DNA of 64,000 nt from Bacteroidia bacterium. Lineage in GTDB: Bacteria; Bacteroidota; Bacteroidia; AKYH767-A; 2013-40CM-41-45. This document shows, piece by piece, positions 30,257-40,756 of the stretch. Position numbers and translations under genes: made by a program. The DNA is taken from assembly GCA_035341855.1 (NCBI GenBank), contig DAOQWA010000012.1:2451-66450 (forward strand), given 5' to 3'. Position 1 is the first letter of the stretch. Each line of letters opens with the position of its first letter. The notes below the pieces were generated by a model. It saw only the letters and a list, made by a program, of their open reading frames with translations. It made no database searches and had not been told where the DNA came from.

Positions 30257-31149
30257 CCGGGCACAGACAGGCTCATGTAGCCATATTCTTTGCTAACCTG
30301 ATCTATGGGGCCAACTTTAGTATAGCTCGCCTTGCTATGCCTCAGTACCTGAGCCCTTCGGGATTCATAATGTTGAGAGTCCTTTTCGCAACGGTATTGT
30401 TTATTGTTCTTGATCGCTATGCTCCTTCGCCTCAGAGACTTGAAAAAAAGGATATCTTCCGCTTCATTCAGCTTGGTTTATTTGGTGTTGCAATCAATCA
30501 GCTTCTGTTCTTTGAAGGCTTGAGTCGAACATCCAACATAAATGCTGCATTAATCATGACTTCAACCCCAATCCTTGTTACGGGGATGGCTTTTCTACTG
30601 CTAAAAGATCGCTTGAATTTTCTTCAAAGTGTAGGAATACTACTAGGCTTATCCGGTGCTATAACATTAATCTTGCAATACAATACTGTAAGTGGATCAC
30701 CCACTGCCTATGGCGACCTGATGGTTTTGTTAAATGCGGCATCTTATGCATTATTTATGGTGAGGGCGAAACCAATGATGAAAAAATATGGAACGATACA
30801 AGTCATTAAATGGACTTTCATCTTCGGTACTCTATTTGTCATCCCATTTGGCGCTCCTCAGCTACAAAATGTACAATGGTCAGAATTCCCGGCTTCAGCA
30901 TGGTTCTCTGTTGCCTTCGTATTACTTTTTACAACTTTTGCGGCTTATCTCCTAAACACATTCGGGTTAAAACACCTCAGTCCTTCCATTGTTAGTTATT
31001 ATATTTATCTCCAACCGATATTTGCAACACTCATTTCAAGACTCATTACCGGCGAACAAGTCACTCCGGTTCAGATTCTTGCCTGTATCCTGATTTTTGG
31101 GGGCGTTTACCTTGTTAACCGGCGCACCCTTGTGAAGACGGAATCTTAA
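30253..31149 (+). CDS. EamA/DMT family transporter
   Basis: Ten TM segments in two repeats; IYGANF and YIYLQP. Confidence 0.9.
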   Translation: MTGHRQAHVAIFFANLIYGANFSIARLAMPQYLSPSGFIMLRVLFATVLFIVLDRYAPSPQRLEKKDIFRFIQLGLFGVAINQLLFFEGLSRTSNINAALIMTSTPILVTGMAFLLLKDRLNFLQSVGILLGLSGAITLILQYNTVSGSPTAYGDLMVLLNAASYALFMVRAKPMMKKYGTIQVIKWTFIFGTLFVIPFGAPQLQNVQWSEFPASAWFSVAFVLLFTTFAAYLLNTFGLKHLSPSIVSYYIYLQPIFATLISRLITGEQVTPVQILACILIFGGVYLVNRRTLVKTES

Positions 31150-31151
31150 AC

Positions 31152-31159
31152 TAATTTTG
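31152..31159 (+). promoter_or_regulatory. Bacteroidota -7 box (yicC-gmk-nadD)
   Basis: TAATTTTG. Confidence 0.6.
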
Positions 31160-31182
31160 TCCATCCTTTTCAAATTAAAAAT

Positions 31183-32055
31183 ATGATTCGTTCCATGACC
31201 GGTTTTGGCACTGCAACGGCCAATTACCTCAACAAAACCATCACTGTAGAAATTAAATCGGTGAACAGTAAATTCTTTGACCTGATGTTGCGCTTGCCTT
31301 CCATTTATAAAGAGAAGGAATACGAGCTTCGTACCGATCTTTCGCGTACAATAGAAAGAGGGAAAGTTGACTTTTCAATCACGATCGATTCAGTGGATGC
31401 TATAAAAAAGACGAGCATCAATCCTGTCCTCTTTAAAGCCTATTATGACGACCTGAGATCCATACAAGACAAATACAATACCGGTGAATCTGACCTGATG
31501 CGTATTGTGCTTGGTTTACCTGATGTAATGAGCAATGATAAACAGGCTTTATCTGAAGAGGAATGGAATGTTGTTACAAATACAATTGAACTTGGCCTTT
31601 CTGCATTTCACTCCTTTCGACTAGCAGAAGGTGCTTCAATGCAGAAAGATCTGGAAGAAAGAATAAATTCAATAGTCAGCCGACTCACAGAGATTGAAAA
31701 GTTTGAAGGAGGGCGTATTGAACAAGTTAGAAAAAGATTGACCGGAAGTTTGGAGGAATTCATTCAAACGCAGAACATAGACCGAAACAGAATCGAACAA
31801 GAATTAATTTTTTATGTTGAGAAGTTCGATATTTCTGAAGAAAAGGTTCGCCTACGCACGCATTGCAATTACTTTCTGGAGACCATAAAATCAGATGCCT
31901 CCAATGGCAAAAAGCTCGCATTTATTTCTCAGGAAATAGGTCGGGAAATAAACACAATTGGTTCAAAAGCAAATGATGCAGAAATGCAGAAAATTGTAGT
32001 TAACCTGAAAGACGAACTGGAAAAGATAAAAGAATTATTACTCAACGTATTGTAA
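31183..32055 (+). CDS. yicC: YicC/YloC family endoribonuclease
   Basis: MIRSMTGFG, EIKSVNSK, DISEEKVRL and QEIGREINTIGSKA. Confidence 0.93.
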   Translation: MIRSMTGFGTATANYLNKTITVEIKSVNSKFFDLMLRLPSIYKEKEYELRTDLSRTIERGKVDFSITIDSVDAIKKTSINPVLFKAYYDDLRSIQDKYNTGESDLMRIVLGLPDVMSNDKQALSEEEWNVVTNTIELGLSAFHSFRLAEGASMQKDLEERINSIVSRLTEIEKFEGGRIEQVRKRLTGSLEEFIQTQNIDRNRIEQELIFYVEKFDISEEKVRLRTHCNYFLETIKSDASNGKKLAFISQEIGREINTIGSKANDAEMQKIVVNLKDELEKIKELLLNVL

Positions 32056-32627
32056 TGGACGTCACCGGAAAGCTTCTTTTGTTCTGTGGTCCTTCAGGAA
32101 GTGGTAAGACAACCTTGGTTCACTACCTGCTGAAAAAATATCCCCGCCTGAAATTTTCCGTCTCTGCTACGACCCGGCCTATGCGATCTTCAGAAAAAGA
32201 TGGTGTCGATTACCATTTCTTATCTGTCGAGGAATTCAAGAAAAAAATTGCAGCAGATGAATTTGTTGAGTGGGAACAAGTGTATGAAGATCGCTATTAC
32301 GGCACTTTAAAGTCAGAGATAGAACGGATATGGACTGACAATGGAATAGTTGTCTTTGACGTAGATGTCGAGGGTGGTTTGAAAATAAAAAAAATCTTTG
32401 GTGACCGTTTGTTGGCAGTCTTTGTCATGCCTCCATCTGTCGACGAATTGCATAATAGATTGAAGGCTAGAAATTCCGAAACAAGCGCATCCTACAAGGC
32501 GAGAATTATGAAATCTGAACACGAGTTGACCTATGCTTTCAGGTTCGATTATGTGCTCATCAACGATAACCTTGAAGTTGCACTGGAAGAAGCCGAACGT
32601 GTCACACAAAAATTTATCAATAAGTAA
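32055..32627 (+). CDS. gmk: guanylate kinase
   Basis: GPSGSGKTT, SATTRPMR, DGVDYHF and YYGT. Confidence 0.95.
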   Translation: MDVTGKLLLFCGPSGSGKTTLVHYLLKKYPRLKFSVSATTRPMRSSEKDGVDYHFLSVEEFKKKIAADEFVEWEQVYEDRYYGTLKSEIERIWTDNGIVVFDVDVEGGLKIKKIFGDRLLAVFVMPPSVDELHNRLKARNSETSASYKARIMKSEHELTYAFRFDYVLINDNLEVALEEAERVTQKFINK

Positions 32628-32633
32628 TTTGGA

Positions 32634-33206
32634 ATGAAAGTCGGTTTGTTTTTTGGATCCTTCAATCCCATTCATAATGGTCACCTGATCATTGCCGGAT
32701 ATCTTGCGGAATTTACAGATCTCGATCAGGTGTGGCTTGTAGTGTCTCCACACAACCCACACAAACTAAAGAGAACACTATTACAGGATCATCACCGCTT
32801 GGCTATCGTAAAAATTGCAATAGGAGACAATCGAAAAATCAAAGCAAGTGATATAGAATTTAAACTGGAGAAGCCTAGTTATACAGTTGTTACTCTTACC
32901 TATTTGCATGAAAAATTCCCGGAACATCAGTTTGCCCTTATCTTAGGTAGCGACAACCTGGAAAATTTTCACAAATGGAAAAACTACGAGCAAATTCTTG
33001 AACACAATGAATTGTATGTATATCCCAGAAAAGGATCATCAGGTGGCGATCTGCTGAGTCACCCTAAGGTAAAATTGATCGAAGCACCAATGATGGAACT
33101 CTCTTCAACTTTTATTCGGGATGCCATCAAAGCGAAGAAGGACGTAAGATATATGCTACCGGAGTCAGCATGGAATTATATAGATGAGATGAATTTTTAC
33201 CGTTAG
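32634..33206 (+). CDS. nadD: nicotinate-nucleotide adenylyltransferase
   Basis: FGSFNPIHNGH, SYT, GSDN and SSTFIR. Confidence 0.95.
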   Translation: MKVGLFFGSFNPIHNGHLIIAGYLAEFTDLDQVWLVVSPHNPHKLKRTLLQDHHRLAIVKIAIGDNRKIKASDIEFKLEKPSYTVVTLTYLHEKFPEHQFALILGSDNLENFHKWKNYEQILEHNELYVYPRKGSSGGDLLSHPKVKLIEAPMMELSSTFIRDAIKAKKDVRYMLPESAWNYIDEMNFYR

Positions 33207-33302
33207 TTTATTTTGAATAGGATCTCAATGCCATTTCACAAAGCGCATTGCATTATACATAAACATGCAGAATTGCCTCCCCATGCAAACGATAAAATAA
33301 AT

Positions 33303-33310
33303 TACCTTTG
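33303..33310 (+). promoter_or_regulatory. Bacteroidota -7 box (cystathionine enzyme, near-leaderless)
   Basis: TACCTTTG, 5 nt upstream of the ATG. Confidence 0.6.
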
Positions 33311-33315
33311 CCCAC

Positions 33316-34467
33316 ATGAACAACAACAGCGAATTCGGAACAAGAGCCATACATGCAGGACAAGAGCCTGATCCAAGTACAGGTGCAATCATGACCCCTA
33401 TTTACCAGACTTCAACCTATGTTCAGGAAAGTCCGGGTAAACACAAGGGCTATGCTTATGCCAGAGGTAAAAACCCGACAAGGATTGCATTGGAAAAATG
33501 TATTGCTTCACTTGAAAATGCAAAACACGGACTTTGTTTTTCAAGTGGCCAGGGTGCAGAAGATGCTATATTAAAATTGTTAAGACCGGGCGATGAAGTT
33601 ATTGCAACTGACGATTTATATGGGGGCTCATACCGTATGTTCACAAAAGTTTTTGAGCCTTTTGGTATTACATTCCGCTTCGTGAACATGCACGAAATGA
33701 CTGAATTGAAAAATGCCATCAGTCCAAAAACAAAAATGATATGGGTTGAGACCCCGACGAACCCATTGATGAAGATCATTGACATCAGGGCCTGCGCTGC
33801 CATTGCAAAAGAGAACAAACTAATACTTGTGGTAGACAATACTTTTGCCTCTCCTTATTTGCAAAATCCTTTAGATCTGGGGGCTGATATTGTTACTCAT
33901 TCTGCTACAAAATATTTAGGAGGGCACTCTGATGTTATCCTTGGGGCTCTTTGTACCAATGATGATAAGCTTCATGAAGACCTTGCTTTCATCGCCAACT
34001 CATGTGGTGCCGTACCCGGACCTATGGATAGTTTCCTTGTTCTCCGCGGATTGAAATCATTGCATGTAAGAATGGATCGACATTGTTCAAACGGAAAGGC
34101 TATTGCTCAATACCTGAGATCTCATCCGAAGGTAGACAAGGTGTATTGGCCCGGATTCAGCGATCATCCAAATCATGACATTGCAAAAACACAAATGCGG
34201 GATTTTGGTGGAATGATCTCCTTCACTTTAAAAGGAAACTCCAAAGATGATGCATTTGCCATGGCAAGCAGAGCGAAAGTCTTTTCACTTGCCGAATCAT
34301 TGGGTGGTGTTGAATCCCTCATTGGTCATCCGGCCAGTATGACACATGCTTCGATTCCAAAAGAACTTCGGGAGAAAGCAGGTGTCCTTGACTCTTTGCT
34401 TCGCCTGAGTGTCGGGATTGAAGATGTTAAAGATTTGTTAGAGGACCTCAAACAAGCCATTGGCTGA
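33316..34467 (+). CDS. cystathionine gamma-synthase/gamma-lyase family PLP enzyme
   Basis: YARGKNPT, ETPTNP, DNTF, SATKYLGGHSD (PLP lysine) and AESLGGVES. Confidence 0.93.
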   Translation: MNNNSEFGTRAIHAGQEPDPSTGAIMTPIYQTSTYVQESPGKHKGYAYARGKNPTRIALEKCIASLENAKHGLCFSSGQGAEDAILKLLRPGDEVIATDDLYGGSYRMFTKVFEPFGITFRFVNMHEMTELKNAISPKTKMIWVETPTNPLMKIIDIRACAAIAKENKLILVVDNTFASPYLQNPLDLGADIVTHSATKYLGGHSDVILGALCTNDDKLHEDLAFIANSCGAVPGPMDSFLVLRGLKSLHVRMDRHCSNGKAIAQYLRSHPKVDKVYWPGFSDHPNHDIAKTQMRDFGGMISFTLKGNSKDDAFAMASRAKVFSLAESLGGVESLIGHPASMTHASIPKELREKAGVLDSLLRLSVGIEDVKDLLEDLKQAIG

Positions 34468-34586
34468 TTGAAACTGCGACATTTTCTTTCTTTTTAACCT
34501 AAAATCGTTTGTTTTTGCCGGCTATACTGCTACGTCAGTCTAGTGTCAAAACAGGTCATAACTGTCAGAATTTTAAAAGGTTTGAG

Positions 34587-34594
34587 TATCTTTG
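34587..34594 (+). promoter_or_regulatory. Bacteroidota -7 box (M43 protease)
   Basis: TATCTTTG. Confidence 0.55.
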
Positions 34595-34639
34595 CTATGT
34601 ACATTATTATATTAATTAGAAAAACCCACTCTTAATTTC

Positions 34640-36724
34640 ATGAAGAAAATTCTACTCTTATCGTTACTGACTGTCTTTTTCGGTAACCTGACATTTGCAC
34701 AACAAGGGCTCCGGTGTCATACCGATGAAGTATATCAGGAAGCTGTACGCAATAACCCTGATATTCTTCGTATTCAAAATCAACTGGAAGACTTTACTGC
34801 AAATTATGTTCGCAGCAATCAGCCAATGCAGAGAAACGCTTCCGGTGCTCCGGTGTATATCATTCCATTGGTTTTTCACATTCTTCACAATTACGGACCT
34901 GAAAACATATCCGATGCACAGGTTGTAGATGCTGTGAGAGTGATCAATGAAGACTATAGCAAAATGAATGCTGACACGAGCCAGATTTTAAGTCAATTTT
35001 TAGGTATCGCTGCAAATGCACAGATCGAATTCAGGCTTGCCAACATCGACCCGAGTGGAAATTGTACAAACGGTATTGACAGGATAGTCACAAACCTTAC
35101 CTACAATGCCAACGACAATTCTAAATTAAACCCCTGGCCGAATCAGAAGTATATAAATATTTGGGTAGCCCATACACTTGAAAGAACCGGTGCGGCTGCA
35201 TATGCATTTCTACCAGGAACAACATCAAATTCAAATGATGGAATTCTAACCCGTCATAATTATACAGGAAGTATTGGTACCAGCAGCAATAACAACAAAA
35301 GAACACTTACCCATGAGCTGGGTCACGTACTTAACTTGTTGCACCCATGGGGAAGCGGGAATGAAGTCGGAACTGCATGCGGTGATGATTTTGTAAGTGA
35401 CACTCCTATTACGATGGGGTTTTCTTCATGCCAGACCGCTGCATCAGCTCAGGTTTGCAACCCTCCTATCGTTGAGAACTTTCAGAACTTTATGGATTAT
35501 TCCTACTGTGATGTTATGTTCACTGAAGGACAAAAAACCAGAATGTTTGCTGCACTAAATTCAGGTGCCAGCGGTAGAAATAATCTTTGGACCAATGCTA
35601 ACCTGATTGCAACCGGAACTGACGGTTCCCCTATTAACATATGTACTCCAATTGCTGATTTTTCTACAAACCGCAGTGAGGTTTGCGAGGGCGGTTCTAT
35701 TACTTTCAATGACTTATCCTGGAATGGTACACCTACAAGCTGGTATTGGGAATTTCCGGGTGGAACTCCGAGTACATCAACGGATTCTATGCCGGTGGTG
35801 ACATATTCAACAGCCGGTGTATACGACGTCTTATTCGCTTCTGCAAATGGAACAGGATCTGACACACTATCACGCGTAGGCTATGTACACGTTTCAGGAA
35901 CGCCATCAATAACAATGACAGGACCATCTTATGTTGAGGACTTCGAATTGCCAACCTCATTCCCTGGTGCAGACGGCTACGTACTAAACCCTGACAATGG
36001 ACAGACATGGTCGCTTGTTTCCGGTGTAGCATATACAGGAAACGGATCTATACGTATCAATAACTATGTAAACGTAGCACGTGAAATCGATGAGTGGGTG
36101 ATGCCGGCCATGGACTTATCTAATGTAAACTTCCCTGTTAATATGACATTCTGGTATGCTAATGCGCAAAGAAGCAGCACATCAAATGATGAGTTGTCTG
36201 TTTGGGGGTCGATTAACTGCGGACAACTATGGTTAAACAGATGGACCAGAAATGGCTCAAGCCTTGCTACAGCCGGAATCATTTCAATAAGCTTCACACC
36301 AAGTAATACCGGACAGTGGGCGCAGGCAACCGTTTCAATGAACCCTTATGCTTTGAAGTCGAATGTTCGTTTCAAATTCCGTAATACAAGTGATAAAGGA
36401 AACAACATTTATATTGACGATATTAACATCACAGGTACTTATGTAAATGTGGACGAGATGGATGAGATCAACCTTGGATTTGCTTTGTATCCTAATCCGG
36501 GAACAGGCAATTCTAAAATTCAATTCCAGTTATCGAAAACACTTCCGGTCAGCATTCAGGTAACTGATATCGCGGGCAGACTTATCACAACTGTTGCTGA
36601 TGAAACTGTTGCTGCGGGACTTCATGAGTACCCGATCAATGTTACTACACCGGGTATTTATCTTATCAACCTAATCACAAATGGTAAGTACCACGTAAGA
36701 AAACTCATTGTCAGCAACGACTGA
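34640..36724 (+). CDS. M43 (pappalysin/ulilysin-like) zinc metalloprotease with PKD domain and T9SS CTD
   Basis: HELGHVLNLLH zinc motif, NFMDYS Met-turn, PKD (WEFPGGTPS) and LYPNP CTD. Confidence 0.88.
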   Translation: MKKILLLSLLTVFFGNLTFAQQGLRCHTDEVYQEAVRNNPDILRIQNQLEDFTANYVRSNQPMQRNASGAPVYIIPLVFHILHNYGPENISDAQVVDAVRVINEDYSKMNADTSQILSQFLGIAANAQIEFRLANIDPSGNCTNGIDRIVTNLTYNANDNSKLNPWPNQKYINIWVAHTLERTGAAAYAFLPGTTSNSNDGILTRHNYTGSIGTSSNNNKRTLTHELGHVLNLLHPWGSGNEVGTACGDDFVSDTPITMGFSSCQTAASAQVCNPPIVENFQNFMDYSYCDVMFTEGQKTRMFAALNSGASGRNNLWTNANLIATGTDGSPINICTPIADFSTNRSEVCEGGSITFNDLSWNGTPTSWYWEFPGGTPSTSTDSMPVVTYSTAGVYDVLFASANGTGSDTLSRVGYVHVSGTPSITMTGPSYVEDFELPTSFPGADGYVLNPDNGQTWSLVSGVAYTGNGSIRINNYVNVAREIDEWVMPAMDLSNVNFPVNMTFWYANAQRSSTSNDELSVWGSINCGQLWLNRWTRNGSSLATAGIISISFTPSNTGQWAQATVSMNPYALKSNVRFKFRNTSDKGNNIYIDDINITGTYVNVDEMDEINLGFALYPNPGTGNSKIQFQLSKTLPVSIQVTDIAGRLITTVADETVAAGLHEYPINVTTPGIYLINLITNGKYHVRKLIVSND

Positions 36725-36737
36725 TAGACAACATCAA

Positions 36738-36768
36738 AGCCCCGGTTTTCGAGCCGGGGCTCTTTTTT
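36738..36768 (+). terminator. intrinsic terminator
   Basis: AGCCCCGG-ttttcgag-CCGGGGCT stem followed by a T6 tract, 13 nt after the protease stop. Confidence 0.88.
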
Positions 36769-36940
36769 ATCCTCACTTCAGGAGCCACACCTCTTTTCAT
36801 TTTTAAAACCTTACATTGCTTATTCCACGGGGCAAAATCTGCAACTATTTTTTTTTACTATCGTATTTTTGAAATAATCAGATAAATAATTGGGCATATC
36901 CATTTTTTTTTGAAGATTTGCAGGGCTTCACTTCCAGAAA

Positions 36941-37633
36941 ATGTCATTTTACAAGTCACTCTTATCCTTCCTCAGCCTCTTTTTGGTTCATCTGACTGTT
37001 TTTTCGCAGGAAGTACCTGATTTTAAAAGAAGCGCTTTGGCTATTGACATTACTCAAATGGCTACTAATGAAGTTAATTTATCTTATGAATTGTCGTTCT
37101 CTTCAAGAAGAAGTCTGGAAATAGCGCTCGGAATAATCTATGTCAACGATGCACTCGAAGATCTTTCAAGGGATATGAGTAATTCACATTACTTTTCTGA
37201 GCATGGTTTTAGTGCCAGAGTTGCCTATAAACTTTACAGAAGGCAAGTGGAGGATTCTAAGTGGCGAGACTACCTTGCCCCGGCAATTACATACAAATAC
37301 CTTTACTTCAATAACCAATGGTTTTCCAACGAAGTCACTGACGAAAATAAAGGGATTAAATACGATGAGTGCTTGTACCAGCACAGGTACAGGAGCAAAT
37401 TTGGGTTTGAGTTTTTATGGGGTAAAGTTTATAACTTCAACAAAAGTCTGGCATTAGAAATGTTTTATGGTGTTGGTTTAAGGGCTACAAGTTCTGTTAG
37501 ATCTGATCTCCTAAAGCAAGACATTTGCGGGGTCGACAGTTCCGCAATTTACGTACCTGACTACGGCGATGACAAAAGATTTTTCGTTCGCCCGGCCTTA
37601 CGTGCCGGTTTGAAATTCAGGATTTCATTTTAG
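36941..37633 (+). CDS. hypothetical outer-membrane protein (DUF3575-like)
   Basis: Signal peptide ending VFS/Q, beta-strand pattern (NLSYE, GFEFLWG, EMFYGVG) and terminal F. Confidence 0.55.
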   Translation: MSFYKSLLSFLSLFLVHLTVFSQEVPDFKRSALAIDITQMATNEVNLSYELSFSSRRSLEIALGIIYVNDALEDLSRDMSNSHYFSEHGFSARVAYKLYRRQVEDSKWRDYLAPAITYKYLYFNNQWFSNEVTDENKGIKYDECLYQHRYRSKFGFEFLWGKVYNFNKSLALEMFYGVGLRATSSVRSDLLKQDICGVDSSAIYVPDYGDDKRFFVRPALRAGLKFRISF

Positions 37634-37669
37634 TTTTATTAAATATAATACTCATTGATTTAGACCTTA

Positions 37670-40501
37670 TCAATGAGCCTCCAGCCAATTTTCTCCTACA
37701 CCCATTCCGACCTCTATCGGAACCTTTAATGGAATTGCATTTTTCATCCGGGCTTCTACGAGCTTTTTTAATACCTCGACCTCTTCACGGTGTGCATCAA
37801 AAATTAGTTCATCATGTACCTGTAATAACATTTTAGATCTCATCTTCTCTTTCTCAAGGTCAGATGCAATTCTGATCATGGCGATTTTTATCATATCGGC
37901 TGCACTACCCTGAATCGGCGCATTAATTGCATTTCGTTCTGCAAAACCTCTGACAGTTGCGTTAGCAGAATTAATATCCCTAAGATATCTTCTTCGGCCC
38001 ATGATTGTCTCGACGAATCCCTTCTTTTTTGCCTTCTCAATACTTAGATCCATGTAATCCTTCACGCCCGGATACTGGATAAAATAATTATCAATAATTT
38101 CCTTTGCTTCCGTTCGGGAAATATTCAGACGGTCTGCAAGGCCAAAGGCAGAGATTCCATAAATGATCCCGAAGTTTACCATCTTGGCATTTCGTCTCAT
38201 TTCAGAATTTACCTCTTTAATTGGAACACCATAAACTTTAGAGGCAGTTGCAGCATGAATATCTTCTCCGCTCTGAAATGCTTCAAGCATGCCTTTATCC
38301 TGACTTAGTTCTGCAATAACCCTCAATTCGATTTGCGAGTAATCAGCAGACAACAATAGAAAATCTTTTCCCCTCGAAACGAATGCCTTCCTTATTTCTC
38401 TTCCTCGTTCTGTACGAATGGGTATATTTTGCAAATTCGGGTTGTCAGAACTTAAACGACCTGTCACCGCCACAATCTGATTGTATGAAGTGTGTATTCT
38501 TCCGGTATCAGGATTTACAAGCGTCGGTAAAACATCTACATATGTATTCTTGAGCTTAACTAATTCACGAAAGTCAAGAATCTTTCTAACGATTGGATGC
38601 TTGTTCTCTAATTTGCTGAGTACGTCCTCTCCTGTAGAGAACTGGCCTGTTTTGGTTTTCGATGGTTTATCTATGATCTTTAACCTGTTGAACAATATCT
38701 CTCCTACCTGCTTTGGTGATGAAATATTAAACTCTTCTCCTGCCAATGTTTGAATTTCAGATTCTACATTTTTTATGTCAACTTCAAGTTCTGCTGAAAG
38801 TGCCTTCAACGCTTTTTTATCTACAGTAATACCTTCTGCTTCCATCGCAGCCAACACAGGTACTAATGGCATCTCGACTTCATAAAACAATTTTTGTACA
38901 CCTGCATTCTTAAGCTTAGGTTCGAAAACTTCATACAATTGCAAAGTAATGTCAGCATCTTCTGCAGCATATTCTGTAACCTCCTCCACAGGAACGTCCC
39001 TCATGCTCAGCTGATCCTTCCCTCTTTTCCCGATTAAATTTTCTATTGAAACAGGGGAATAATGAAGATACGTTTCCGACAGAACGTTCATTGAATGACG
39101 CATCTCTGGACGAATAAGAAAGTGAGAGATCATTGTATCAAAATACTTTCCTTTAAATTCAATGCCATATCGCTTTAGAACTGAAAGATCATATTTTAAA
39201 TTCTGTGCAACCTTTACGATATTTTCATTCCTGAAAACAGCATCGAACTCCATCACAATTTTTCGGGCACCTTCGTAGTCATTCGGAACAGGTACATAAT
39301 AGCCTTCGTGTTTCTTCGAAGAAAAAGACATTCCAACCAAATCAGCAGTATGTGAATCAAGGCCGGTCGTTTCAGTATCAAAACTGATCACGCTTTGTTC
39401 CAACAGTAATTTAATCAACTTTGAACGCTTTTCATCAGTGTTTGTTAACTCATAACTGTGCTTTGTTGACTCAATGTTCTTTAGTAGTGATGGTGACGGT
39501 GTTTCCGGCTCTTCGTCAAACACCTCTGGTTCTTCGGTCTCTTCTACACCAAATAATGATGCTTGTGTTGTTACAACTTTCTTCTCTTTGATGGCCTTTT
39601 TCTCTGTAGGTTTTGACTCAGCGTTCTTCAGATTTAATTGATCTGCGAGACGTCTGAATTCCAATTCAGCAAACAAGCTTTGAACAGCATCGATATCTGC
39701 ATCTTGTGCTTTTAGATCTTCCAGTTCAACTTCTATAGGAACATTTGTAATAATTGTTGCCAACCATTTTGACTGCGTCGCATCCTCCTTACTATTTTCA
39801 ACTTTTTCTTTAAGCTTTCCTTTAAGCTTATCCGTATTTACCAATAAATTTTCAATCGAACCGAATTGTTTTATCAATGAGATGGCTGTCTTTTCTCCTA
39901 CGCCACGGATACCCGGGATATTGTCCACCTTATCACCCATTAATCCAAGGATATCCTTAAGCTGATCAACATTCTCAATTTCCCATCTTTCACAGATTTC
40001 TTTAACTCCCAGTATCTCTGCACCGACACCGCTACGAGCAGGTTTATAGATGAATGTATGCTCATCCACAAGCTGGCCATAATCCTTATCAGGTGTCATC
40101 ATATAAGTTTCAAAGCCTTCCTTCTCTGCACGCATCGCCAACGTGCCGATTACATCGTCAGCTTCATAACCATCCATTGCAAGAACCGGAATTCTAAATG
40201 CTTCACATAACTTAACCACAACGGGAATGGCAGAAGCAAGATCTTCCGGGATCTCCTCACGATTGGCTTTATAATCGGAAAACTCCTCATGCCTGCTTGT
40301 TGGAGCTGCTGTATCGAATACAACAGCAATGTGTGTTGGTTTCTGTTTTTTAAGAACGTCAAGCAGTGTGTTCGTAAAACCAAATACGGCAGAGGTGTTC
40401 TGTCCTTTAGAATTTATTCTGTGATTATTGCTAAAAGCAAAATAGGCCCGGTAGATTAAGGCCATTGCATCCAGCAGGAATAGTTTCTTCTCTTCAGCCA
40501 T
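37670..40501 (-). CDS. polA: DNA polymerase I
   Basis: 5'-3' exonuclease (LDAMALIYRAYFA, EADD), 3'-5' exonuclease (FDTETTG), and polymerase motifs (DYSQIELR, AKMVNFGIIYG, QVHDE). ATG at 40501. Confidence 0.97.
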   Translation of the reverse strand: MAEEKKLFLLDAMALIYRAYFAFSNNHRINSKGQNTSAVFGFTNTLLDVLKKQKPTHIAVVFDTAAPTSRHEEFSDYKANREEIPEDLASAIPVVVKLCEAFRIPVLAMDGYEADDVIGTLAMRAEKEGFETYMMTPDKDYGQLVDEHTFIYKPARSGVGAEILGVKEICERWEIENVDQLKDILGLMGDKVDNIPGIRGVGEKTAISLIKQFGSIENLLVNTDKLKGKLKEKVENSKEDATQSKWLATIITNVPIEVELEDLKAQDADIDAVQSLFAELEFRRLADQLNLKNAESKPTEKKAIKEKKVVTTQASLFGVEETEEPEVFDEEPETPSPSLLKNIESTKHSYELTNTDEKRSKLIKLLLEQSVISFDTETTGLDSHTADLVGMSFSSKKHEGYYVPVPNDYEGARKIVMEFDAVFRNENIVKVAQNLKYDLSVLKRYGIEFKGKYFDTMISHFLIRPEMRHSMNVLSETYLHYSPVSIENLIGKRGKDQLSMRDVPVEEVTEYAAEDADITLQLYEVFEPKLKNAGVQKLFYEVEMPLVPVLAAMEAEGITVDKKALKALSAELEVDIKNVESEIQTLAGEEFNISSPKQVGEILFNRLKIIDKPSKTKTGQFSTGEDVLSKLENKHPIVRKILDFRELVKLKNTYVDVLPTLVNPDTGRIHTSYNQIVAVTGRLSSDNPNLQNIPIRTERGREIRKAFVSRGKDFLLLSADYSQIELRVIAELSQDKGMLEAFQSGEDIHAATASKVYGVPIKEVNSEMRRNAKMVNFGIIYGISAFGLADRLNISRTEAKEIIDNYFIQYPGVKDYMDLSIEKAKKKGFVETIMGRRRYLRDINSANATVRGFAERNAINAPIQGSAADMIKIAMIRIASDLEKEKMRSKMLLQVHDELIFDAHREEVEVLKKLVEARMKNAIPLKVPIEVGMGVGENWLEAH

Positions 40502-40756
40502 CGTTTTGAATTTTATATAAAGATTGCAATTTACCAAAAAATTGAAGGTACTGAATGGTGCCGATCATTACATGCGCAAATAATATTGATGGCAAGCCGG
40601 ATGCATAGGAATAAACATCTAAAAGCTCTTTGTCCGGTCGTTTGAAAAGACCTTTTTTAAGAATAGCATCAAACTTAAAATCAAAGTCAATTGCAAAACT
40701 AATTTCTCAAATTGGGTGCTATACGGCTAATCTTTAGTTGCCCGGGCATACAGGGA

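Noticed and set aside
33207-33315. SAM or other riboswitch upstream of the cystathionine enzyme
   Set aside because: No SAM-I/II consensus is present, and the -7 box sits 5 nt from the ATG, leaving no leader.
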